The translations under genes and the position numbers were made by a program. From Bacteroidota bacterium (GTDB taxonomy: Bacteria > Bacteroidota > Bacteroidia > Bacteroidales > VadinHA17), in the NCBI GenBank assembly GCA_029547705.1, contig JAKPOU010000001.1, positions 71,437 through 135,436 of the forward strand: 64,000 nucleotides of DNA, in the 5' to 3' direction. Positions within the stretch are counted from its first letter, which is position 1. Each line of letters opens with the position of its first letter. Shown here one piece after another: positions 8,939 through 19,095 of the stretch. The notes beneath the pieces were generated by a model. The model was given only the letters and a program-made list of their open reading frames with translations, did no database searches and was not told the origin of the DNA.

Positions 8939-9898
8939 TTAAATTTCAGCCGCCTGCTTTTGTTTCACCCTTAATTCGCTGATATAGGCCGAAGCTGCAA
9001 GTGCAGCTATGGTCCCTTCCCCCACTGCGGTTGTCACCTGCCGGTATTTCCCTGCCGTGCAGTCACCTGCAGCATATACTCCTTCAATATTTACCGACAT
9101 ATCACTGTCAACAATTATCTCTCCCCCCCGGTTCAGTGGTACCATACCTTCAAGGAATCCGGTATTGGGCACATAGCCTATAAACACAAATGCTCCCTCT
9201 GTTCTGAGATTCCCGGTTTCTCCCGTAACCAGATTCTTTATATCAACGCTTTCAAGCTTCTCTTCTCCATTGAATCCCGTTACCACAGATTCCATAATAA
9301 AGTTTATCCGGGGGTTATTGCGTGCTTCCTCAATTGCATATTCAAAAGCCTGAAAATGACCGAACTGGTGAATCACGGTCACCTTACTTGCATGTTTTGT
9401 AAGCGATACGGCTTCCTCAAGGGCCGAATTCCCTCCTCCGACAACAATTATTTCCCTGCCGGCAAAAAAATCACCGTCACAAGTTGAACAGTAGGATATT
9501 CCTCTGCCTCTGAGTTCTTCTTCCCCCCTTACCCCGAGTGTTCTGGGTCTTCCTCCGGGACTGAGGATCACGGCACCGGCAGTGTAGACGCTGCCGTCTG
9601 AAAGAGTTATCCGCTTTTCAGCATCCTTCAGCTCAATACCTGTAAGTGTGATGTTTGACCTTATATCACAGCCAAAGCTCAATGCCTGTTTTTTCATTAT
9701 TCCCGACAGACGGTAGCCGTTAATGCTTTCCACACCCGGATAGTTGGCTATCTCATGAGTCAAAACCAGTTGTCCCCCGACCGTGCCTTCATTCAGAATC
9801 AATGTCCTGAGCCGGGCCCGTGAAAGATAAATGCCGGCGGTCAGGCCGGCGGGACCTGCTCCTATGACTATCGCGTCATAATGACTGTCTCCGTTCAT
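8939..9898 (-). CDS. trxB: Thioredoxin-disulfide reductase
   Basis: GAGPAG, GRGISYCSTCDG, GGGNSALEEA, YAAGD. Confidence 0.92.
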   Translation of the reverse strand: MNGDSHYDAIVIGAGPAGLTAGIYLSRARLRTLILNEGTVGGQLVLTHEIANYPGVESINGYRLSGIMKKQALSFGCDIRSNITLTGIELKDAEKRITLSDGSVYTAGAVILSPGGRPRTLGVRGEEELRGRGISYCSTCDGDFFAGREIIVVGGGNSALEEAVSLTKHASKVTVIHQFGHFQAFEYAIEEARNNPRINFIMESVVTGFNGEEKLESVDIKNLVTGETGNLRTEGAFVFIGYVPNTGFLEGMVPLNRGGEIIVDSDMSVNIEGVYAAGDCTAGKYRQVTTAVGEGTIAALAASAYISELRVKQKQAAEI

Positions 9899-9900
9899 GT

Positions 9901-10257
9901 TTATGCCTTTACAGTTTTTGAAAACTCCCTGTCAAGAATTGTCCTTATCTGTTCTTCGGTCTGAATGCTTGAAGTTGCCCTTACAACCTTTCCGTCCCTG
10001 TAGTAAATTGTAAAAGGTATTCCCATGAATCCCCTGACTTCGGGAAGCGATCTTATGACATGAGCCTCGGGGTTATCGAATTCCATATCATAGAATTTCA
10101 CATGTTCATATTCTCCCTCAAGTTCCTCGGCAGTTTCATAAACCGGAATACACATCGGACCCATACGTCCGCATATTACCATTACATTTTCGTTTTCGCT
10201 GATTGCTCTTTCCAGTTCGGCGGCCGATTCCAGATGTTTCAGATTTGTGTAAAGCAT
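9901..10257 (-). CDS. Atypical thioredoxin-family protein
   Basis: Trx-sized, with CGRMGPMC in place of WCGPC and a GIPFT cis-Pro loop. Confidence 0.75.
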   Translation of the reverse strand: MLYTNLKHLESAAELERAISENENVMVICGRMGPMCIPVYETAEELEGEYEHVKFYDMEFDNPEAHVIRSLPEVRGFMGIPFTIYYRDGKVVRATSSIQTEEQIRTILDREFSKTVKA

Positions 10258-10423
10258 GAATTTTCAATTTTAAAATTACGCGGCAAAAATACATCAAAGG
10301 TTTGCTGCCGGGAAAGGACCTGAGTGCCCGGCAGGGCAATCCTCCGCTTGAAAAAGGACAACTTTTTAATTGATTTGAATTAACTTTATGCCGGATTCTA
10401 CCCCCTCATGCGGGAAAAGGAAT

Positions 10424-11119
10424 ATGAAAACAATTTTTGAAACAGACCGTGAATTTATTTGTGATATACAGGCACCCTGTTTCAGGGATCTCGGACCTGA
10501 AGAAACCGAATTCATAAGATCGGGAAAAACACAGGTGCTGTTCAGGAAGGGAGACAACCTCACCAAGCAGGGAGCATTCACATCCTATGTACTCTTCCTG
10601 ATTACCGGCCTGGCAAAGCAGTATCTTGAAAGCAACAGTACAAAAACCTTCAACCTGAGAATCATCAGGCCCGGGGAGTTTCTCGGGTTATCAGCCGTAT
10701 TTCATGGAAATGTGTTTGGCTGTTCGTCTTCCGCGCTTACGGACTGCCAGGCATTCCTTATAGAAAAGGAAGCTATTGCAAAGGTAATAAAGCAAAACGG
10801 ACAGTTCGGCTTCAGCCTCATCAGGAAATACACCGAGCAGAACAACAATCTGCTTTCCGTGATACGGAACCTGAATCATAAACAGATGAACGGCCGTCTG
10901 TCTGATACATTATTATATCTGGATGCCCTGAAGACTGAGTATCCGGAAATATTCACGCTCCTGTCCAGAAAAGACCTGGCTGATTTTACGGGAATTTCCA
11001 CGGAGAGTACGGTGAAACTGCTGAAGACATTCGAAAAAGACGGTCTTATAGAACTTCAGGATAAGGATATAGTAATAAAAAATCACGGCATCCTTTCCGA
11101 AATAAGCAAAAAAGGCTGA
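10424..11119 (+). CDS. Crp/Fnr family transcriptional regulator
   Basis: cNMP-binding domain (PGEFLG) and HTH LSRKDLADFTGISTES. Track start is 10388. Confidence 0.9.
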   Translation: MKTIFETDREFICDIQAPCFRDLGPEETEFIRSGKTQVLFRKGDNLTKQGAFTSYVLFLITGLAKQYLESNSTKTFNLRIIRPGEFLGLSAVFHGNVFGCSSSALTDCQAFLIEKEAIAKVIKQNGQFGFSLIRKYTEQNNNLLSVIRNLNHKQMNGRLSDTLLYLDALKTEYPEIFTLLSRKDLADFTGISTESTVKLLKTFEKDGLIELQDKDIVIKNHGILSEISKKG

Positions 11120-11233
11120 TATTCAATTCTTACGGCTTTACAACCTGAATAGCCGGAAAAAAGCATATAGCCTGCTTTTTCTTCTGCTATTCCCATCAGT
11201 ATTGCTATTTTTACGCAAAACAAAATTCTAACC

Positions 11234-12001
11234 ATGAAAATAATATCCTGGAACGTAAACGGCATCCGGGCAATAGTTAAAAAATCATTCTTTACTGATC
11301 TTGAACTTATTGGCCCTGACATTACCTGCATTCAGGAGACAAAGGCAAATGATCATCAGGTCAGTGAAGCACTTGAGTCCCTTAATCACAATCATATTTA
11401 CACGAATTCGGCAGTCAGGCCGGGATATTCCGGAACGGCGGTTATTTCAAGTATCAGTCCGCTTGGCATTACAAAAGATATCGGCATCAGTGAGCACGAT
11501 AACGAAGGCCGGGTTCTGTGCCTTGAATTTGAACAATTCTTCCTGGTAAACGTGTATGTGCCCAATTCCGGGGCCGAGCTGGCAAGGCTCGGTTACAGGC
11601 AGGAATGGGACATGGCCTTTTTTAACTACCTGAAAGATCTTGAAAAAACGAAGCCCCTGATCGTATGCGGAGATCTTAATGTTGCCCACAGGGAGATTGA
11701 CCTGGCACGGCCCAGGGCCAATTACAACAAGACAGCCGGATACATGCAGGAGGAAATTGACGGAATGGACAGACTTGTAAACGGGGGATTCACCGATACC
11801 TTCCGCCATTTTTACCCCGATCAGACGGGAAGATATTCCTGGTGGAGCTTCAGGGCTGCTGCAAGATCAAAGAACATCGGCTGGAGAATCGACTATTTCC
11901 TTGTAAGCCCATCTCTCCTTTCAAGGGTTAAGGATGCATTTATCCACGAGGAAATAATGGGATCCGACCATTGTCCGGTAGGAATAGTCCTTGACATGTA
12001 A
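11234..12001 (+). CDS. xth: Exodeoxyribonuclease III
   Basis: ISWNVNG, IQETK, VYVPN, GDLNVAH, GWRIDY, GSDHCP. Confidence 0.95.
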   Translation: MKIISWNVNGIRAIVKKSFFTDLELIGPDITCIQETKANDHQVSEALESLNHNHIYTNSAVRPGYSGTAVISSISPLGITKDIGISEHDNEGRVLCLEFEQFFLVNVYVPNSGAELARLGYRQEWDMAFFNYLKDLEKTKPLIVCGDLNVAHREIDLARPRANYNKTAGYMQEEIDGMDRLVNGGFTDTFRHFYPDQTGRYSWWSFRAAARSKNIGWRIDYFLVSPSLLSRVKDAFIHEEIMGSDHCPVGIVLDM

Positions 12002-12101
12002 CGGCGGACTTTGTTATTTATGCAAAATCCTGTTATATGAAGGCTATAAATTTATTATTTTTGATACTGACCTAAAATAATTGAATTAAAAGTATAAAAT
12101 C

Positions 12102-13454
12102 ATGAATCCTGAAGAAAATGCAATAATGAAATCATTCGGGAAGAATGAATCCGGAACACGCAGACTGCTGCGCTATCCGGCTTACCTGCTGCTGACTGTC
12201 CTGGTTTGTGTTCTTGTATACACCGCCTGCCGTGAACAGGAAGAGGAAGGGGACCTGCTTGAGTTTGGCATGGGACATCTGCTGGACAATGCAGAGCTGC
12301 AGGCTTTTGGAGAGAAGCTTTTCTTTGACAAGAACTTATCAACTCCTGCCGGCCAGTCCTGTGCCTCATGTCACGGGCCCGAAGCAGGATGGACAGGGCC
12401 TGACAGTGAGATAAACGCCAAAGGTGCCGTATATGAGGGCGCCGTAAAGGGAAGGTTCAGCAACAGGAAACCACCGAGCGCCGCCTATGCCACCTACAGT
12501 CCCGTTTTCAACGCGATGCTTGAGGAAGGGGAACTGCTTTTTGTCGGCGGTAATTTCTGGGACGGAAGGGCAACGGGCTATCTGCTTGGAAATGCTGCAG
12601 CCGATCAGGCACAGCAGCCATTTCTCAATCCCGTGGAACAGAACATTGCGGATGATAAAGGAGTTGTGGAAAAGGTGCTGAACTCCGATTATGCGGATAT
12701 GTATCATAAAATAGCAAAGGATATCTGGAATATTGAGGACATTGCCTCATGCAGTGATGTTAACATGCAGTTCGGCATTATCGGCCTGGCTCTGGCCGCC
12801 TTTGAACATTCAGACAGGGTGAATGCCTTCACCTCCAAATATGACTATTACCTTCAGGGCAAGGTGAAGCTGACACCCCAGGAGGAAAAGGGAATGGATC
12901 TTTTCAGGAACAAGGGACTTTGTGCCGAATGTCATCCCATGGATGTTCTTGAGGACGGGACGCCTCCTCTTTTTACGGATTTCACATATGACAACCTCGG
13001 GATGCCGGCCAACCCCGATAATCCCTGGTATACAATGGACAGATCCTTCAACAGCGAAGGCAGGGAATACAGGGATCCCGGACTGGGAGGTTTCCTGAAG
13101 AATGTTCCTCATTATGCGATGTTTGCTGAAGAGAGTATGGGCCTGCACAAGGTGCCGACACTGAGAAATGTGGATAAGCGCCCTTCTCCGGATTTTGTTA
13201 AATCCTACGGTCATAATGGTTATTTCAAGAGCCTGGAGGAGATTGTTCATTTTTACAATACACGTGACGTTCTTCCGGTGACGGATGAGGTTGATGATCC
13301 CAGACCCGGAATCAATTCCTGGCCGGAACCGGAAATAGCCCTGAACATTAATCTTGATGAGCTTGGCGATCTCGGACTGACACCTGAAGAGGAGGATGCC
13401 ATAGTGGCCTTCATGAAGACCCTTTCGGACGGATACGAATTACCGGACAATTAA
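12102..13454 (+). CDS. Di-heme cytochrome c peroxidase/MauG family lipoprotein
   Basis: CASCH and CAECH heme motifs, FWDGRA, KVPTLRN, and lipobox VYTAC. Confidence 0.88.
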   Translation: MNPEENAIMKSFGKNESGTRRLLRYPAYLLLTVLVCVLVYTACREQEEEGDLLEFGMGHLLDNAELQAFGEKLFFDKNLSTPAGQSCASCHGPEAGWTGPDSEINAKGAVYEGAVKGRFSNRKPPSAAYATYSPVFNAMLEEGELLFVGGNFWDGRATGYLLGNAAADQAQQPFLNPVEQNIADDKGVVEKVLNSDYADMYHKIAKDIWNIEDIASCSDVNMQFGIIGLALAAFEHSDRVNAFTSKYDYYLQGKVKLTPQEEKGMDLFRNKGLCAECHPMDVLEDGTPPLFTDFTYDNLGMPANPDNPWYTMDRSFNSEGREYRDPGLGGFLKNVPHYAMFAEESMGLHKVPTLRNVDKRPSPDFVKSYGHNGYFKSLEEIVHFYNTRDVLPVTDEVDDPRPGINSWPEPEIALNINLDELGDLGLTPEEEDAIVAFMKTLSDGYELPDN

Positions 13455-15124
13455 AAATCCCCGGGTGCCTGTTCGTTTTCCTCCCTTATCTGCACTCTCC
13501 GTATCTTGCCGCTTATGGTTTTGGGCAGCTCGGTAACAAACTCTACTATTCTCGGATATTTATAAGGTGCAGTTACTTTTTTAACATGTTCCTGCAGCTC
13601 CTTTGCCAGTTCATCACCCGGAGTGAAGCCTTTCGACAGAATAACCGAGGCCTTCACTATCTGTCCCCTGTCGGGATCAGGAACCGCTGTAACGGCACAT
13701 TCAAGCACTGCAGGATGTTCAATAAGGGCACTTTCAACTTCAAACGGACCAATGCGGTAACCGGAGCTTTTAATGATATCATCGGCCCTTCCCACAAACC
13801 AGAAATAACCGTCCTCATCACGCCAGGCCATGTCGCCGGTCTTGTACATGCCGTCGGGCCATACACTTCTTGTCAGCTCATCATCGCGGAAATAGCCACT
13901 GAACATACCCACAGGCTTTCTCACTGAAGTGTAAATTACAATCTCCCCTTCATAGCCGATCTCGCATGGATGGCCCGATTCATCCACAATATCAATATCA
14001 TATCCGGGTGTTGGTTTCCCCATTGACCCCGGCTTGGGTTCCATCCACGGATAGGTTGCTATTGCCACGGTACATTCGGTCTGCCCGTATCCTTCCATCA
14101 GCTTCAGTCCGGTTTTTTCCAGGAAAAACCTGTATACCTCGGGATTCAGGGGTTCTCCAGCAACAACACAATTTGTAAGGCTGCTCAGATCATAACGGGT
14201 CAGGTCTTCCTTGATAAGGAACCTGTATATTGTAGGAGGAGCACAGAATGTGGTAACCTTATATTTCTCAAGTACTGACAGTATATCTGCGGGTACAAAC
14301 CTGTCGTAATCGTAGGTCATGACAGCACTGCCCGATATCCACTGGCCATAAATCTTGCCCCATGCCGATTTGGCCCAGCCGGTATCTGCAATGGTAAAAT
14401 GAAGACCTCCGTTCAGTACTCCCTGCCAGTATTTTGCCGTTACTATGTGTCCGAGGGGGTAGGTGAAATCATGGCTTACCATCTTGGGCATTCCTGTTGT
14501 CCCCGAAGTAAAGTAAAGAAGCATGGTATCGCTGTTTTCTGTTGCATCATCCCCGGCCGGTCTGGGAAATTCCGCAGGGCTCTCTTCCATGCCCCTGGAA
14601 AAATTCAGCCATCCTTTCCTGTCCCGGTCAATCAGCAGCTTATATTTCAAAGTGGGCGACTGGCTTTCTGCTTCCTCAATATGCTCCATGACAAGAGGAT
14701 CAGGAACACTTACTATCATTTTTATATCAGCGGCATTATTCCTGTAAACAATGTCTTTTGCGGAAAGCAGATGGGTCGCCGGTATGGTTACCGCACCTAT
14801 CCTGTTCAGAGCCAGGGTACAGAACCAGTAGCTGTAGTGCCTTTTCAGTATAAGCATTACACGGTCGCCTTTCCGGATGCCAAGCGATTTAAAAAAAACC
14901 GCAGCCTTGGAGCTGTAATACTTCATCTGTTCAAAAGTGAAGACAGCTTCATTTCCCCTGTCATCACACCATACCATTGCAGTTTTCCCGGGTGTTGCCG
15001 CAGCTGTTTCATCAACTATATCATAGGCGAAATTGAAATTTTCCGGAATTTTAATATCAAAGCCGGATATAAAATTCTCATATGATTCAAATTCCGTCTG
15101 CTCAAGGTATTTCTCCAGTATCAT
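13451..15124 (-). CDS. AMP-forming acyl-CoA synthetase
   Basis: [43 protein letters not shown]. Confidence 0.92.
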   Translation of the reverse strand: MILEKYLEQTEFESYENFISGFDIKIPENFNFAYDIVDETAAATPGKTAMVWCDDRGNEAVFTFEQMKYYSSKAAVFFKSLGIRKGDRVMLILKRHYSYWFCTLALNRIGAVTIPATHLLSAKDIVYRNNAADIKMIVSVPDPLVMEHIEEAESQSPTLKYKLLIDRDRKGWLNFSRGMEESPAEFPRPAGDDATENSDTMLLYFTSGTTGMPKMVSHDFTYPLGHIVTAKYWQGVLNGGLHFTIADTGWAKSAWGKIYGQWISGSAVMTYDYDRFVPADILSVLEKYKVTTFCAPPTIYRFLIKEDLTRYDLSSLTNCVVAGEPLNPEVYRFFLEKTGLKLMEGYGQTECTVAIATYPWMEPKPGSMGKPTPGYDIDIVDESGHPCEIGYEGEIVIYTSVRKPVGMFSGYFRDDELTRSVWPDGMYKTGDMAWRDEDGYFWFVGRADDIIKSSGYRIGPFEVESALIEHPAVLECAVTAVPDPDRGQIVKASVILSKGFTPGDELAKELQEHVKKVTAPYKYPRIVEFVTELPKTISGKIRRVQIREENEQAPGDF

Positions 15125-15192
15125 TACTTTCCTGTACTTTTATTTGTGCTTTTTTATGTTATTCCCCTTTCAGTTTCTCTTCACACTCCTGT

Positions 15193-15747
15193 CTACAGGA
15201 TCATTGCCAGGAATCTTACCTGCTTGTTATTGAGAGCCTTCATTGCATGATTGTATCCTGAATCAAAGAAGATGGAATCCCCCTCATTGAGGATGATTTC
15301 ATGTCCGTCAATTATTGACATCATGGAACCCTCAATTACATAATTGAATTCCTGACCCGGATGGGAATTGAACTCAAGCAAAGTGTCCTCCGGCTTCGGA
15401 TCGATGGTAACCATGAATATTTCAGCCTTCTTGTTCAGAAAATTCCAGGCAAGGCTCTCATATCTATACTGCTGCCTGCGTTCCAGTCTTAAGCCCTTGC
15501 CCCTTCTGACTATGCTGTAGACATGCAGTTTCGGATTGTTGCCTCCCAGGAGAACCGAGAGTTCCACATTGAACATCTCCGATATTTCAAAAACTATTCC
15601 TACGGGAATATCAGTATTGCCGCTTTCATACCTGTTGTACACTTCTTCCGAAAGGCCAAGTTTCTGTGCAAGTGTTTCAGCCGGAACTCCGGAAATCTCA
15701 CGGATCTCCCTGATTCTCGCAGCAATCTGTTTAATTTGTTCTGTCAT
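15193..15747 (-). CDS. XRE family regulator with cupin domain
   Basis: N-terminal HTH (YNRYESG) and cupin HPGQEFNYV. Sits directly upstream of the synthetase. Confidence 0.9.
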   Translation of the reverse strand: MTEQIKQIAARIREIREISGVPAETLAQKLGLSEEVYNRYESGNTDIPVGIVFEISEMFNVELSVLLGGNNPKLHVYSIVRRGKGLRLERRQQYRYESLAWNFLNKKAEIFMVTIDPKPEDTLLEFNSHPGQEFNYVIEGSMMSIIDGHEIILNEGDSIFFDSGYNHAMKALNNKQVRFLAMIL

Positions 15748-15936
15748 GACCAAGAGTTTTTTTGAAAATCCAATATTACATAAATTATCTCATTTTAATT
15801 CTCCTGGAGCCTGCCTGATTAAGGCAACCGGCACGATGAAATCCGTATCCGGCGGATTCGGGTTCTTTTCAGCCTTATCCCTGAAACGGCATAAAAGATT
15901 AAATATCAGCGGATCTCCTGTATTTCAAAAGAAACA

Positions 15937-15968
15937 AAGGATGGATTGCGGGGAGCAAAACCATCCTT
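15937..15968 (-). terminator. Intrinsic terminator after the DHOD-like gene
   Basis: AAGGATGG/CCATCCTT stem followed by TTGTTTCTTTT on the minus strand. Confidence 0.6.
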
Positions 15969-16026
15969 CAACTCTGATTTCGACTATATGACAGATTCTC
16001 TGTATAAAAGGTATTTTAAATAATGA

Positions 16027-17046
16027 TCAGAATATTTTGTGCTTGTTCAGTATTTCTGCCGTGTTAAGATGAAAATCAATATATTGTGTACGATTGAACA
16101 GGGTTTCGTTCCCTGAGATCTTCCGTGAAAGTTTTCCCCTGAAATCATCAATTGATCCATATTTGTTTGCATCCATCCACTTTGCGATATCCCCGAGAAT
16201 TTTCTCAATCACTTCAATCTGGTTGAGATAGAGTGTGCTTACCACCTGTACACAGTCGGAGCCTGCAAGAATCATTTTTACCACGTCTTCACCGTTGAAT
16301 ATTCCGGAGCTTGTGCATATTGATGCCCTGAGGTTTCCATACAGCAGACCGGCAAAGCGCAGTGGCAGCCTCTTGTCCTCCAGGTTGCTCAGATTATAGG
16401 GAAAACGGTGCTGCTGGGTTTCAATATCAATATCGGGCTGGAAGAGCCTGTTAAACAGGACGAATCCATCGGCTCCCGCTTTGTCAATATCATATATCAG
16501 GCCCAGGGGATTCGTATAGAACGGACTCAGCTTGACTGAAACGGGAATTTTTACAGCTGCCTTAACGGCACTGACAATTTTTGCATGTTTCTTCTCAACC
16601 ACTCCGTAGGCATTATCCAGCTTTTCCGGAACGGTATAGAAATTCAGTTCCAGTGCATCAACACCCGTTTCCTCAATTTTTACGGCATATTCCACCCACG
16701 ACTCGTCATATACGGCATTAAGGCTGGCTATCACCGGTATGGAAACGGTTTCCTTTGCCCGCCGAAGATTCAGCAGATGGTCTTTCGGATACGAAGGCTC
16801 CTTTCCTGCATGCGGGAACAGGGTTACCATTTCTGCATAACGGTCTTCATATTCCGATCTCAGTTCATACAATTCCAGGTTTTCGAGATGGAACTGTTCT
16901 TCGAACAGTGATTTGTATACCACTGCCGCCGCACCGGCCTTTTCGATTTTTACAAGGTTTTCCTTGTTCAGGGAAAGATTGCTTGCCCCGGCAATCACCG
17001 GGTTTTTCAGTTTCAGTCCCATGTACGTTATTTGCAGATCAGCCAT
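16027..17046 (-). CDS. Dihydroorotate dehydrogenase-like flavoprotein
   Basis: YMGLKLKNPVI, KSLFEEQ, PVIASLN, PVSVKLSP, VLFNR. Track start is 17073. Confidence 0.8.
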   Translation of the reverse strand: MADLQITYMGLKLKNPVIAGASNLSLNKENLVKIEKAGAAAVVYKSLFEEQFHLENLELYELRSEYEDRYAEMVTLFPHAGKEPSYPKDHLLNLRRAKETVSIPVIASLNAVYDESWVEYAVKIEETGVDALELNFYTVPEKLDNAYGVVEKKHAKIVSAVKAAVKIPVSVKLSPFYTNPLGLIYDIDKAGADGFVLFNRLFQPDIDIETQQHRFPYNLSNLEDKRLPLRFAGLLYGNLRASICTSSGIFNGEDVVKMILAGSDCVQVVSTLYLNQIEVIEKILGDIAKWMDANKYGSIDDFRGKLSRKISGNETLFNRTQYIDFHLNTAEILNKHKIF

Positions 17047-17109
17047 GTTGTTTAGTGTTTTTGTATTTAACAATATTGTTTAAGTTTGGTTCAATACAGG
17101 TTCAAGGTT

Positions 17110-18786
17110 TCAATGTTCTATCCGGAATCTTTTTTCATTCCGGTAACTTCTTATGTTCTGATTCTTCTTCAGATAGTCAATAAGCGCATCAGCCGTTGTA
17201 ATATAGTGTGACTGACCCGGATCCCTGTGCTGATACTGGTAAACCTGTGTCATATAGCTGTTCATGGCAACCGTATAGGTTTTGTCCATGTCAAGCGGGG
17301 TGCCGTCTCCGGTAAAGAGAGTCACATCCGCCAGTTCACCCCCGGTTCCGGGCTTAAGTACCGTGAATATACCTGAAGAAAAGACCGGCTGCCTGTCATC
17401 CATAGGATATGCGGCAAGCATCAGGGAATGGATCTCTTTCCCTGTAAGACGGGTAACTATCAGTTCATTTCCAAATGGATCAAGCTGATACACATCCTTA
17501 GCCCTGACAGGGCCCTTTTCCAGACTGCGTATCCTAACACCTCCCGGATTTACAAGGGCAATATCGGCTCCGGCAATATCCTTCTGGGCATCAGCCATCA
17601 GGTATCCCAGCTCCTCTTTCGATGAAAAATCATCGCTTGCCCATGCAATCACTTCCTTCAGCAGGGGAATGTCATTGTATTCATCCACCATCGCACGTAT
17701 GGCGGGACTCTCATTTCCGGCCTTCCTGATTCTTATCAGCTGCATGCTCCTGGTAAGGCTGCCATCACTTCTCAGGGATAACCTGATCAGAGTGCCATAG
17801 TTAAGCTTGTGATCTGCCTGGGTTATCATGATCCCGTTATGGATCTGTTCCTTTTCAACCCTGGTATGCGAGTGGCCTCCTATTATCAGGTCTATCGCCG
17901 GCGGCATGATTTCAGCAAGTTTCACATCGTTTTCAAATCCGATATGAGTCAGTGCTATAAAAATATCACTCCTGTCCTTCAGCCAGAGGTAATCACGGGC
18001 AGCCTCAAAAGGGGAACGGAAAGTAAAACCCTTCAGCTTCCCGGGATGCGAATCGGGAATGCCGTTGCGGTTAATCTGTACAAGTCCGAGAAATGCCAGC
18101 TTCAATCCGTTTGGAAGAGTGATGATTTTCCAGGGTTTGATCTTAAAATCATCCGGATTACCGGCAGACATGTTTGCACAGATAAAATCAAAATCAGCCT
18201 TTCTGATCAGATTGCTGAAGCCTTCAGGGCTCGTATCGAATTCATGGTTTCCCACTGCACTCAGGTTAAAGCCGGTTGCATTCATCAGCTCAATCATGGG
18301 CAGGCCTCTTTCGGGATACTGATCGTTCACCGGATTTCCCGTCTGGTTATCCCCGGCTCCTACCAGCAGCATGTGCGGGTAGATCTTTCGCAGACTGTCG
18401 GTAATATATGCCAGTTTCGGAAAATTATCCAGGGTTGCATGCATGTCATTAACAGCGAAAATGACAGCCTCCCTTTCAGTCCGGCCGCCGGTAAGGACCT
18501 TCCCGGAAGAGCCGCAGGCGGAAAAAAGTCCTGCCAGAAGCAGCAACAGAAAAAGCTGTGTCAGGGATTTCCGCCTGCCGCCCGCAGTCATGATAAAAAG
18601 ACTGTTCCCGCTGCTCAGCCCACCCTCAGCATCCACCCTGTTTCCATAGCCGTCCTCAACCCGGGGAAAGGGCCGGGGAACCTTCTTCCCCTGCTGTGAA
18701 TAGTATTTCAGAACCGCATCCCTTACTTTCGCACCGTAATGAAGTTCAAGCAAAATATTGTTTACTCCGATTTTCATCTTTATCAT
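17110..18786 (-). CDS. Bifunctional metallophosphatase/5'-nucleotidase lipoprotein with an extra N-terminal domain
   Basis: NDMH, GDN, GNHEFD, THIG, GGHSH, NPGGVR. Internal lipobox LFSAC near residue 90. Confidence 0.88.
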   Translation of the reverse strand: MIKMKIGVNNILLELHYGAKVRDAVLKYYSQQGKKVPRPFPRVEDGYGNRVDAEGGLSSGNSLFIMTAGGRRKSLTQLFLLLLLAGLFSACGSSGKVLTGGRTEREAVIFAVNDMHATLDNFPKLAYITDSLRKIYPHMLLVGAGDNQTGNPVNDQYPERGLPMIELMNATGFNLSAVGNHEFDTSPEGFSNLIRKADFDFICANMSAGNPDDFKIKPWKIITLPNGLKLAFLGLVQINRNGIPDSHPGKLKGFTFRSPFEAARDYLWLKDRSDIFIALTHIGFENDVKLAEIMPPAIDLIIGGHSHTRVEKEQIHNGIMITQADHKLNYGTLIRLSLRSDGSLTRSMQLIRIRKAGNESPAIRAMVDEYNDIPLLKEVIAWASDDFSSKEELGYLMADAQKDIAGADIALVNPGGVRIRSLEKGPVRAKDVYQLDPFGNELIVTRLTGKEIHSLMLAAYPMDDRQPVFSSGIFTVLKPGTGGELADVTLFTGDGTPLDMDKTYTVAMNSYMTQVYQYQHRDPGQSHYITTADALIDYLKKNQNIRSYRNEKRFRIEH

Positions 18787-18972
18787 ATTTTACCCTGCAA
18801 AAAAACTTTAAATATTTTTAATTTGAAAAAAAAAGGCTGTGAAGAGGCATGCTGAAAAGGAAGTTAATGTATTTCCCCGGAATGGTCATGAATAATTAAA
18901 AATTTGTTAAAAAGCTCATCATATCAGCGTTTGTGGACAGGATATCAAATATTAATTATACTTTTACAAATC

Positions 18973-19000
18973 GTATTACTAATCTACGGATTGGTAATAC
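18973..19000. promoter_or_regulatory. NikR-type operator palindrome
   Basis: GTATTAC-N14-GTAATAC, i.e. GTATTA-N16-TAATAC, the same 6-16-6 geometry as E. coli GTATGA-N16-TCATAC. Confidence 0.65.
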
Positions 19001-19031
19001 TTTTACGGCTGCCTTAAGCTATTAATAAACC

Positions 19032-19094
19032 ATGAAAGCAAAAAAGTTTAATTGTCCTGCTCCTGTGAGGGGACAAACTGGAATTACAATCTGA
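19032..19094 (+). CDS. Putative 20-aa upstream ORF MKAKKFNCPAPVRGQTGITI
   Basis: AT-rich start context. Stop lies 1 nt before the ATG of the binding-protein gene. Confidence 0.35.
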   Translation: MKAKKFNCPAPVRGQTGITI

Positions 19095-19095
19095 A

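Noticed and set aside
7185-10257. Selenocysteine in the redox genes
   Set aside because: No in-frame TGA at any catalytic position. The same holds for the visible part of hdrA.
18790-19031. Cobalamin riboswitch upstream of the BtuF-like operon
   Set aside because: No B12-box or GGGAA/CCCGC core is visible. The region is AT-rich and holds the NikR-type palindrome instead.
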